Origin: Gemmatimonadales bacterium
GTDB lineage: Bacteria; Gemmatimonadota; Gemmatimonadetes; Gemmatimonadales; GWC2-71-9
Assembly (NCBI GenBank): GCA_965249575.1
Contig: OZ252244.1
Location: 2,944,001-3,008,000 of the forward strand
Direction of reading: 5' to 3'
DNA: 64,000 nt
Part shown: one piece after another, positions 41,244-50,750 of the stretch
Layout: each line of letters opens with the position of its first letter
How positions within the stretch are numbered: the stretch's first letter is position 1
Notes under the pieces: model-generated
Databases searched by the model: none
The model's input: the letters and a program-made list of their open reading frames with translations, nothing else
Told to the model about the DNA's origin: nothing
Made by a program: the position numbers and the translations under genes

Positions 41244-41660
41244 ATGGCTGACGACCACCCGACCCTTCCAGCAGCAGGCCCTTTCCCCCGACCCAGCTCC
41301 CCGGAGGAGGCCCGCGGCGTGCTCAAGGCCGAGGCCTTTCCGGCACCGACGGTGCGCGAAGTCACGCTCCACGCGACCGAGTTCACGGCCCTGTGCCCTC
41401 GGACCGGCCAGCCGGACTTCGGGTCCGTGGTGATCCGGTACGAGCCAGGGGACCGCTGTCTCGAGTCGCGGGCGCTCAAGTACTATCTCTGGTCGTTCCG
41501 GAACGAGGGGGCCTTTTGCGAGAGCCTCGCGGCCAGGATCGCCGATGACGTCGTGTACGCGATCGGACCAAAGCGGGTCACAGTGACCGTCAACCAGAAC
41601 GTCCGCGGTGGGATCGCCATCGTCGCGGTGGCGGAGCGCGGGCCAACGGGAAGCGTGTGA
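41244..41660 (+). CDS. queF: PreQ1 synthase (unimodular nitrile reductase)
   Basis: [26 protein letters not shown]. Confidence 0.92.
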   Translation: MADDHPTLPAAGPFPRPSSPEEARGVLKAEAFPAPTVREVTLHATEFTALCPRTGQPDFGSVVIRYEPGDRCLESRALKYYLWSFRNEGAFCESLAARIADDVVYAIGPKRVTVTVNQNVRGGIAIVAVAERGPTGSV

Positions 41661-41682
41661 CGGATACGAAGGGTCGCCGTCG

Positions 41683-42813
41683 CTGACTCCCGCCGACGTA
41701 CTGACGGTCGTCCTGCTCGGGACAGTCGCTCTGTTACTGGGCGTCCTGGCGTGGCGATTCCGCCGGGGGTCCGAACCTGAACTGATCCAGCAGCAGCTCA
41801 TCGAGCTCCGGGCGCGCCTCGACGCGCTCGGGACGGCGCAGCACGAGTTACCCCGCTTGCTTGCCGAGAACAGGATGGACCAGCAGCGCGTGCTCGCCGA
41901 CCAGGTCGCCCAGTTCTCCGGTTTGGTGTCGCAGCGGATCGAGACCGCGCATGCGACAGTGGGCTCGCGGCTGGACGACACGGGGCGGACCGTCGCCGAG
42001 GTGCGGGAGCGCCTGGGGCAGCTGGCCGAGGTCACCAGGCGGCTCGAGGCCATGGCGGGAGATGTGGCGGAGCTCCAGGCGCTCCTCAAGGTTCCCCAGC
42101 TCAGGGGGACGCTCGGCGAAGTATGGCTGGGTGAGCTGCTTCGGCAGGTGTTCCCAGCACGACTGTACGACACTCAGCACACGTTCCGGTCGGGTGACCG
42201 GGTCGACGCGGTCATCAAGATCGGAAGCCGGCTGGTTCCAGTGGATGCAAAATTCCCCCTCGACGCGTATCAGCGCATGCTGGCGAGCGACGGTGGGGGG
42301 GAGGAGCGCGAGCGCCGCACGTTCCGACGGACGCTCAGGGACCGCATCGACGAGATCGCAGGCAAGTACATTTTGCCCGAAGAGGGTACGTACGATTTCG
42401 CGCTGATGTACATCCCAGCCGAAAACGTCTACTACGAAGCGATCGTGCGGGGCGAGGAGCTGGACGTGGAGGGGAGCGTCGTCGCCTACGCGATGAAGCG
42501 CAAGGTCATTCCCGTATCGCCGAACACGTTCTACGCCTACCTGTCAGCGATCCTGCACGGACTGCGCGGGCTCGAAGTCGAGGAGAGCGCGCGGGAGATC
42601 CTGGATTCGCTGGGAGGACTCCAACAGCAGCTCGCTCGATACGACCGTGCCCACGACCTCATCGGGACACACCTCGATCGCGCCGTCAGGCAGTACGACG
42701 AGGCCAACAAGCAACTGGGCAAGATCAGGGATCGCTTCACGCAAATCACGGGCGTCGGAGGCGGGGATGTCGCACGCCCACTGCACGAAGAAAGCCCGAG
42801 TGGAGATGCCTAA
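41683..42813 (+). CDS. rmuC: DNA recombination protein RmuC (start uncertain)
   Basis: RGTLGE, VDAKFP, KYILP, DFALMYIPAE, VSPNT. Confidence 0.92.
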   Translation: MTPADVLTVVLLGTVALLLGVLAWRFRRGSEPELIQQQLIELRARLDALGTAQHELPRLLAENRMDQQRVLADQVAQFSGLVSQRIETAHATVGSRLDDTGRTVAEVRERLGQLAEVTRRLEAMAGDVAELQALLKVPQLRGTLGEVWLGELLRQVFPARLYDTQHTFRSGDRVDAVIKIGSRLVPVDAKFPLDAYQRMLASDGGGEERERRTFRRTLRDRIDEIAGKYILPEEGTYDFALMYIPAENVYYEAIVRGEELDVEGSVVAYAMKRKVIPVSPNTFYAYLSAILHGLRGLEVEESAREILDSLGGLQQQLARYDRAHDLIGTHLDRAVRQYDEANKQLGKIRDRFTQITGVGGGDVARPLHEESPSGDA

Positions 42814-42853
42814 TTTCACCAGCGAATCGCACCCACTCGAAGGAGCGAAGATC

Positions 42854-43598
42854 ATGAGATGGTCGCTGGCAGCCGGCCTCGTGATGCTCGCGGCTTGTGA
42901 CGGCCGCATCGAATCGACCGCGGATCTGTACCGCGCGATCCACGACCGCTACGCGGATCGCTGGTACCGGACGGTGATCCTCGACCAGGACAACGTCTTC
43001 TACCGGCCCGACGGGACCGAGGTCCGACGCTCTGTGTGGGGCCACGAGTTCAATCTCCCGGGCGAGCTTCGCATCGACGTGCATCCCGTGGAGCAGGGAA
43101 ACGGAACGCTCATCGCGCGCGACTCGATCTATTCCTTTCAGAGCGGATAGCTCGTGGGGCAGCAGGGGGGCATTGTGTCCTTGCTCCTGATCGCGTTCGA
43201 CTCCTACTTGATTCCACCTGAAACGACGCTCGCGTTGCTCGAGAAGCTCGACTTCGACCACACGCTGTTCCGGGAGGATGTGGCAGGGCCGTCCCGTCTA
43301 CGTGATTGGCGCGGAAGCCGGCGACCTTCGGTCCAGACAATTCTGGGTCGACCGGGAGGAGTGGTATGCCGTGCGGGTCATCGAGCCGGTCGGCGACGGG
43401 CTCGTGCGGGACGTCCGGTCCAACAACTACCGGCGGCTGGGTGGAGGCTGGATCGCTCCCGAGGTCCTCATGCTGCTCGACGGTGAGCCCGATCGCCTCG
43501 AGAATTATCGGGACATCCAGGTTGATGTCTCGATCGACCCCGCGCGCTTCGATCCACTGCAATGGGGTCGGGGAATGTCGGAGGCGGTCGAGCGCTAA
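42854..43598 (+). pseudogene. LolA-like lipoprotein, paralog of 11052-11795; TAG at 43148, frameshift near 43280
   Basis: Lipobox LAAC; PGELRID; QFWVDRE; GWIAPEV. Confidence 0.7.
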
Positions 43599-44083
43599 CG
43601 GCGCCGCTGGAGCCGCTTCAACAGCTGGATCTGCCCGGCGTGATACAGATCGTGCGCCGCGATTCCATGGATGTGCTGCAGGGGCGTGTATTTCGATCCA
43701 GGGCTGACCTTCCCCAAGCGTGCGGCCGGCAGATCTTCTACGCAATCACGCAGGGCAACATGCTCCGCCCGCAGCAACACGACGTCCTCGGTCCATGCGC
43801 TCGCCGTCGCTCGATATGGGACGGATGGCCAATCGCTTGGCCGCCTCGGGAACGAGCCCCGCGGCGCTCCAGTGAGCCGGCGTCGTACGACGTATTTCCA
43901 GTACGCGGTGTGGAGCACGAGTTCCCAGATGTTGTGCCGCTGGGGGGATGGACGCCACACGGCCTGCCGAACGGTAAGGCCGCGAATGGATCCCCCGAGG
44001 TTCGTGCCATGCCACGAGTGGCGATCGAAGGCCTGATCGAGGAGGTCGATCAGCATTTGGGTTTGAGCGTTCTTGGTACTCAT
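43595..44083 (-). CDS. DinB family protein
   Basis: SWHG, HNIWELVLH, HDLYHAGQI. Confidence 0.9.
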   Translation of the reverse strand: MSTKNAQTQMLIDLLDQAFDRHSWHGTNLGGSIRGLTVRQAVWRPSPQRHNIWELVLHTAYWKYVVRRRLTGAPRGSFPRRPSDWPSVPYRATASAWTEDVVLLRAEHVALRDCVEDLPAARLGKVSPGSKYTPLQHIHGIAAHDLYHAGQIQLLKRLQRRR

Positions 44084-44258
44084 AAGGGGCTCAGATGTCG
44101 GATGTGAGGGGGCTGGGGTGAGGTGCCAGGGTCAGGCCTGGAACCTGACACTTGGCCAACTGCTCCCCATGTGCAAACATCGTGGACTCAAGCGTCCTCT
44201 TACTGTATTCAATGGGACACGGGGTCCCCACGGCTACAGCACATGAGAGGAGTCAACA

Positions 44259-45707
44259 ATGAAGACCGAGACGACCGCGGCTTTAGCCCGGGTCCTGGCT
44301 ATCGGCGCCGCCTGCTCGGCGTTTCTAACCGCCAGCGCGGCGGCCCAGGGAGCATCCGGCTTGCCGGGTTATCGCTCGACGGTTGCCGACCGCGAGCAGA
44401 TCGCTATCACGGTGTACAATCAAAACTTCGGGTTGGTGCGGGAGGTCCGCACCATCGCTCTCCACCCGGGCGTCATCACGCTGGAGTTCGGGGACGTCGC
44501 TTCGCAGATCCAACCAGAGACCGTGCACATCAAGTCGTTGGGCGGCGAGCGCCTCGACGTCCTCGAGCAGAACTACCAGTTCGATCTGCTGAGCCCCCAG
44601 AAGCTACTCGAGAAATATGTCGGACGCACCGTCAAGGTGTATCGCTGGAACGCGGTCACCGGACGGGACGAGGAGCACGAGGCCGAGGTCCTTTCGGTGA
44701 ACCAGGGCACGATTCTCAAGGTCGGGGACGAGATCAGCTTCAACTATCCCGGGCGAATTTCCTTTCCCGAAATACCCGAGAACCTGATTGCCAAGCCGAC
44801 GCTACTGTGGCGGCTGGACAGCGAGCGCTCCCATGCCCGCGTCGAGGTTTCCTACCTAACCCGCAACATGACGTGGAAAGCCGACTACGTCTTGGTGATC
44901 GATGAGGACGATCGGGAGGGCCACCTGACCGGCTGGGTGACGCTGACGAATCAGAGCGGGGCCGCGTACAAGAACGCTCGGCTCAAGCTCGTGGCCGGCG
45001 ACGTCCAACGGGTCGGACAGGAGGTGGACCGCGCCGCCATCGCCGGCCTCAAGGCGGCGGAGCGTCGCTCCGACTTCGTCGAGGAAGGATTCTTCGAGTA
45101 CCACCTTTACACCCTGGACCGTCCGGCCACCCTGCTCGAGAACGAGCAGAAGCAGGTGACGCTGCTCGAGGCGGCCGGGATCGGGCTCGAGAAGCGGCTG
45201 ATCTACTATGGCGCCGCGCAATACTACCGCGGTCAGTACGGGCAGGTGATGTCGAATCAGAAGGTCGGGGTGTATCTGGACGTGCAGAACAGTGAGGCGA
45301 ATCAGCTCGGGCTGCCAATGCCCAAAGGAGTCGTTCGGGTCTACAAGGCCGACCGCTCGGGCGCGCAGCAGTTCGTGGGAGAAGACCGTATCGATCACAC
45401 CCCACGGGATGAGAGAATCCGCATCAAAATGGGTGAGGCGTTCGACGTCGTGGGTGAGCGGCGCCAAGTGGAGTTTCGCGTTCTCAGCAGCTGCGTGTCA
45501 GAGAGCGCGTGGGAAGTGAAGCTCCGCAACCACAAAGATGAGCTGGCGACCATTGAAGCGTTCGAGCCCGTGGGTGGCGACTGGACGTTACTGTCCTCGA
45601 GCCACCCGAGCGCGCGAGTCGACGCGCACACGTTCAAGTTCGTCGTGGACGTTCCGGCCCGCGACGAGGCGCAGATCGACTACCGAGTGCGAGTGCGCTG
45701 GTGTTGA
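44259..45707 (+). CDS. DUF4139 domain-containing secreted protein
   Basis: ITVYNQNFGLVRE, EQNYQFDLL, WKADY, FFEYHLYTL. Confidence 0.88.
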   Translation: MKTETTAALARVLAIGAACSAFLTASAAAQGASGLPGYRSTVADREQIAITVYNQNFGLVREVRTIALHPGVITLEFGDVASQIQPETVHIKSLGGERLDVLEQNYQFDLLSPQKLLEKYVGRTVKVYRWNAVTGRDEEHEAEVLSVNQGTILKVGDEISFNYPGRISFPEIPENLIAKPTLLWRLDSERSHARVEVSYLTRNMTWKADYVLVIDEDDREGHLTGWVTLTNQSGAAYKNARLKLVAGDVQRVGQEVDRAAIAGLKAAERRSDFVEEGFFEYHLYTLDRPATLLENEQKQVTLLEAAGIGLEKRLIYYGAAQYYRGQYGQVMSNQKVGVYLDVQNSEANQLGLPMPKGVVRVYKADRSGAQQFVGEDRIDHTPRDERIRIKMGEAFDVVGERRQVEFRVLSSCVSESAWEVKLRNHKDELATIEAFEPVGGDWTLLSSSHPSARVDAHTFKFVVDVPARDEAQIDYRVRVRWC

Positions 45708-45710
45708 GGG

Positions 45711-45769
45711 TAGGGATTAGAGATTAGGGATAGGGGCTAGAGAGCTGACGACCCTAGCCCTACTCCCTA
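45711..45769. repeat. Heptamer repeat forming a hairpin between convergent genes
   Basis: TAGGGAT TAGAGAT TAGGGA TAGGGGC TAGAGAG ... CCCTAGCCCCTACTCCCTA. Confidence 0.7.
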
Positions 45770-46821
45770 TCATCCACACACCCCCGCCGTCGTAAACCAG
45801 CACGCCGTGTGAGGTGAGGTCTTGAAGAACTCGAGCAGCAACCTCCCGACCTTTTCCTCTCCCACCTGGGATGGCTGTACCCCATCTGACTCGAAGTCCT
45901 GCTCGGTCCAGTCCATGGCACCGCCGGTGGGGTTCTCCCCGTCGGCCCACAAGTAAGGCCCCCAGGCGAGCCACGGGGCGACCGTGTCGTAGTCGAGGTC
46001 GCCGGTGAAATCATTACGAAAGAGCGGATTGTCGACCTTGATGATCTGTGACTCGACCAGCCACTTGACCGCAAACCCGGTCTCGTATGCGTATGGTTCA
46101 CCGTTCAGCGCGCCGGTAGAGAAGCCGCCGTAAATGCGACTCGACACGAACACCTGCTCGAGGTTGGGATACCGGTTGAGGAGCGTGCGGGATATGATCC
46201 CCATTCTCGAGAGCAGGAGGTGTGCATCGGATATCTCCTCCGGCAATGTGGCCAGGGACTGGGCGTTGGAGACCTTTAGCCAGATGACCTGGACCCGGCG
46301 CTCGGAAAGACCCTGCGGCACCAGGTGGTCGTTTCTGATCCGGTCGTAGTTGGGATTGGCCCGCGCCTCCCAGTTCTGAGCTGCCTGGTCTTCCGCGGCG
46401 CCGTTGACGATGACGAGGGATGTTTGATTCACATCCGGGTCGGTGGCTGCGAGCCCATGAAGGTCCACGGGTCGCACGGCGCCATGGACGACGGGGAGCA
46501 AAACTCCTGCGTCGCGTTCGCTCCACCGATCGACAACAGCACGTACTTCCCGTTCGGATTGGGTGCTCCACCGGCATCGCGAGGTTGTACCCCCTGCGCG
46601 CGCTGGACGCCGGTGTTGTAGTGTCGCGCCGGCATGACGTTGACTTGGTCGGGGTATAGACCGCCCTCGAATTGGTCGAGGTAGAGGTCCACGGTCAGTT
46701 GCGGCAGTGGGATCTTCGGCGGATCGATGATCGGCGCTCCCAACACCGAAGCGTCTTCGGAGCACGCAACGGTACCGGACGCCGCAAGGACGAGGACCAG
46801 GATCTTTGTAGCGTGTGTCAT
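45770..46821 (-). CDS. SGNH-like hypothetical lipoprotein; frameshift near 46455
   Basis: Lipobox TVAC; TFMG continues as LAATDPDVN in another frame; WGPYLWADG, DFESDGVQP. Confidence 0.6.
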
Positions 46822-47018
46822 TGTCATTACCAGTTCTCGGCGAAGCCCTTGCTCGACCGCTTGAAAACAAAGCGGTGGGTTGCGTGGACGGTAGGGGGGT
46901 GGACGCGAGTGTACGCGGCGTATGCGCGTCTCGGGGACGCTCTCGCCTTTCGTAGCCGATGGGCCACAGCTAACGTACTCTCTCGAGCACCCGCAACGCG
47001 GCCGTGAAAGGTGACTGA

Positions 47019-47588
47019 GTGAATAGCCCCCAACTGGAAATACTCATCTCTGAAGACGCGATCGGCGCACGTGTCGAGGAGCTGGCATTGCAGATCTCAG
47101 CTGATTACGCGCACGCCGACGAGATTGTTCTCGTCGGCGTGTTGCGGGGCGCGTTCGTCTTTCTCGCCGACCTGGCCCGCCGCATCGTCGTGCCGCGGCG
47201 TGTGGATTTCATCGCACTCTCCAGCTATGGCGCGTCGACAGAATCGGCCGGCGATGTCCACCTGCTCATGGACGTCGCTGCCGACCTCGCCGGCCGACAC
47301 GTCCTGCTGGTCGAGGGCATCGTCGATGCTGGATACACTCTGGATTTCGCCCTTGCGCATCTCGCAGGGCGCAAGCCGGCCTCTCTGAAGAGTTGCGTGC
47401 TGATTCGAAAGCCGAAGCCCGAACAGATCAGCGTAAAGATCGACTACCTCGGGTTCGAGGTCCCCGACGTATGGGTCGCGGGGTACGGGCTCGACTACAC
47501 CGGCCAATATCGGGTCCTGCCTCACGTTGCCGTGCTGCGGGACGGGACCCAACCGGGCGGGAGCGAGCCAACGAGTGCCCGACGCTGA
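47019..47588 (+). CDS. hpt: Hypoxanthine phosphoribosyltransferase
   Basis: GVLRGAFVFLADL, SSYG, LLVEGIVDAGYTL, GYGLD. Confidence 0.9.
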   Translation: MNSPQLEILISEDAIGARVEELALQISADYAHADEIVLVGVLRGAFVFLADLARRIVVPRRVDFIALSSYGASTESAGDVHLLMDVAADLAGRHVLLVEGIVDAGYTLDFALAHLAGRKPASLKSCVLIRKPKPEQISVKIDYLGFEVPDVWVAGYGLDYTGQYRVLPHVAVLRDGTQPGGSEPTSARR

Positions 47589-47605
47589 GGAACGGCCGGC
47601 TGGAC

Positions 47606-50600
47606 GTGGCTGATCTCGAGCTGGTCCTGGGCTGCGATCCCCGTCGCCTCCTCGAGCGCGCCGGCGAAGGGTTTCTCGTTTCACGCTCCGGATCGCCCGA
47701 GACACCGTTCCCTTCGCCGGAATACTTGTTGGTCCTGCGGCAGGGCGGGGTCCGCGACGATCTCATCGAGCTTGCGCGAACGCGTGGAATCGCCGGGTGG
47801 CTGGACCCGCCGCTGTGCGTCTTTCAGGAGTTACCGGAGTGGCTCGGCGCCACCGCCCGCAAGCCGCTCGACGATTTCGAGCGCGCCGCGCTGCTGTCGT
47901 CGTCGCTACGGTCGTCCGCGGGCAAGGTTTTCGGATCGGTGCGGCGGCTGGAGGACTTCAGCCATTGGGTAGAACGCCTCTTCGGCGACCTCGCGTCCGA
48001 AGGCGTGACGGCCGACGCGTACGAGGCGGCGTTGGCCGGTGAGGGTGCGCGGGGAGCTTTCGAGCGTGAGCGCGACGCAGAGCTGGCTCGAGCATACCGG
48101 GCGTATCGCGACAGCATGGATCGCTTCGGCCGGCGTGACGGACGCGATTCACTGGTCGACTGCGCACAGGCGCTCCGCGACGATCCTCGGGCGCTTGCCC
48201 CCAAACTCGGCGGCCGGCGCGAGATCCGCATCTTTGGGCTCCACGATGTCCGGGGTGGCTGGAGGTCCCTGCTTCGTGCCCTGCTCCAGTCTCCGGCGCT
48301 CGACCGGGTGATCATCTTCGCCGCGGACGCCGTCGAGCTCGGGCTCGACCGGGTGTCCAAGGTCGAACGCGTGCCCGAGCCCCAAACGCCCGCCACGCGC
48401 CTGTTCTCAACGGCAACGCCCCCCGACGTGGCACTCGACCTGTTCGACCGGTTCGACCTCATCGCCGCCCCGGACGTTGAGCGCGAAGTGGAAGAGGTCG
48501 CGCGCCGCGTGCGGCAACTCATCGAGGGCGGTGTTTCGCCGGACCGCATCGCGGTCGTGCCGCGCCAGGCGAGGCCGTACGTGGACATGGCGATCCGGTG
48601 CCTCCGGCGGTTCGGCGTTCCGGCCACGGCCCGGCCACGCTTCGCGTATCAGGATATCCCCGTCGTGCGTGCGACACTGTCGCTCTTCGCTGCGGCCGCT
48701 GAGGGGTGGAGCCGCCATGCACTTGGTCGAGCTTGCAGAGCAGCCCTACCTCGCCCACGACCTGAACGCCCGAGTGCTCAACTACGTCGGCTTCCGAAGC
48801 AGAGTAACCGGGCTCGCGCAATGGAGCGCGGAGCTCGAATCCCTAGAGCGAGAGTCGCAGCGGTTGTGGAAACGAGGTGCTGACCCGGACTGGAGATCTG
48901 CTCCCCCTGAACCGGCGGCGGTCGGTGAGGCCCGAGAGGCGTTCGCGCGATTCGCGCTGCGGGCCGGAGCATTGGATCGGGAGCGGACGCTCGCAGACTG
49001 GCTCGATTGGCTCCGCTCGTTTGCCGATGACGATCCCTGGGGCATCGCCGACCGCATCCACCAGGTTCCGGACTCGCGCTATGAGCTCGCCCGTCTCGAC
49101 CTCACGGGGTGGAACGGGCTGAAGACCATCGTCTCCGAATGGGCCGAAGCCACCAGGCTTTGGGAACCCGATGGAGTGACCCTGTCCGTCGGACGTTTTC
49201 ACGGACGCCTGCGGGAGATGTTATCCGGAAGTGCCGCCTTGTGGACGGATCCGATGCACGGGGTGCGCGTGCTCGAGGCGCTCGCGGCGGCATACCGCTC
49301 GTTCGACCACGTCTTTCTGGTGGGGATGGTGTCCGGAGGGTTTCCGACCCACCCGCCTACGTCGCCGATCTTGGACGAAGGCGACAGGGAGCTGCTCGTA
49401 CGCAACGGTCTGCCGCTGGATCGCCGGAGTGATTGGGACAGCCGCGAACGACAGCTCTTTCGCGTCCTCGTCGCCGGCGCCCGCGATAGCCTGACCCTGA
49501 GCTACCCACGTATAGACCTCAAGGGGCGGGAGGTGACGGACTCCGCGTTCACGGAAGCGCTGGCGGAAGTAGCCGGCCCGGCGGGAGCCTCCGATCCAAT
49601 CGACTCGATCTTTACCCCGGGGATTCCGGTCTACACGTCGGAGGCCGTCGGCTCACACGCCGCCCATGCCGCCCGCGTCGAGCGCCTGCGCGAGGCGGGG
49701 ACGCCCACGCCGTACAACGGGTTGATCGAGCAACCAGCTTTACGCGAATGGCTAGCCAGCACGTTCGGCGACGAGGCACGGTGGAGTCCGACGCAGATCG
49801 AGGAGCATGCGAAGTGCCCGTGGGCGTTTTTCTCGGCCCGACTCCTTCGCCTCGAGAAGCCCGAAGATCCAGATGAGGAGATGGACCCAATCACGCGCGG
49901 GTCGGTTCTTCACGAGACCCTGCGGCGATTCTACGATGCCGCGGGTGCGAGGGTGGGGGGTGCGGTCTTCCTCAGGGAGGCCGATCTCGATTGGGCGGAG
50001 CCCGAGCTTGCGCGCGCACTGGAGACCACTCTTCGCGATGCTGAATCGCGAGGTTGGATCGGGCACCCGGCCCTTCGAGACGCCAAGCGGCTCGAGCTCG
50101 GGCGCATTCTGGTTCGGTACCTCCGGTGGGAAGTGCAGCAGCACGAAGACCTGCACAATCGAAGGAAAACGAAGACGTTTCGCACGATTTGGACTGGGGT
50201 CGTCGAGCACGAAGTCGTGTTCGACGAGAATCAAGTCGCGTTAGAGCGTGGAGGAGTCCGGGTTGCCTACCGCGGCCGCATCGACCGGCTCGAGGTGGGT
50301 GTCGATGAGCGGGTCGATGCTGGTCGCCACGCTGCCGTGGTGGATTACAAGACGAGCAGGGACAGCGTGCCCGGCGGTGGGGAGGACGAGGCGTGGGAAG
50401 ACGGCGTCGTGCTGCAGATGCCTCTGTATGCCTACGCGCTCACCCAGCTGCGTCCCGATATGACCGTGGCGCGAGCGGAATACCGGGCGCTCCGGCAGCG
50501 GGAGGTCGTTCACCCGCTGGAGCTGAAGCAGGTTGAGGCCATGAATCCGGTGCCCCAATCCAACGATCAGGGGACCCGGCAAATGGAGAGAGCCCTGGAC

Positions 50601-50750
50601 GGTGTGGTCGACCGGGTGCGGCTGATCCGATCGGGTGAGTTTCCGGCGCGTCCCGCACCGTCGTGTGGGTGTCCCCCCTTCTGCCACGCGTGGGATATCT
50701 GCCGAGTGCCCGGTGGACCGCGCGTCAAGCGGGAAAAGCGGTGGCGCTGA
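47606..50750 (+). CDS. addB: AddB-like helicase-nuclease subunit; frameshift near 48722
   Basis: SPTQIE...CPWAFF, GRIDR, VVDYK, LQMPLY, terminal Cys cluster; overlaps the addA start. Confidence 0.8.

Noticed and set aside
39753..41660. Dpd-type 7-deazaguanine DNA-modification defence system
   Set aside because: No dpdA/tgt-like gene; queF indicates ordinary queuosine synthesis
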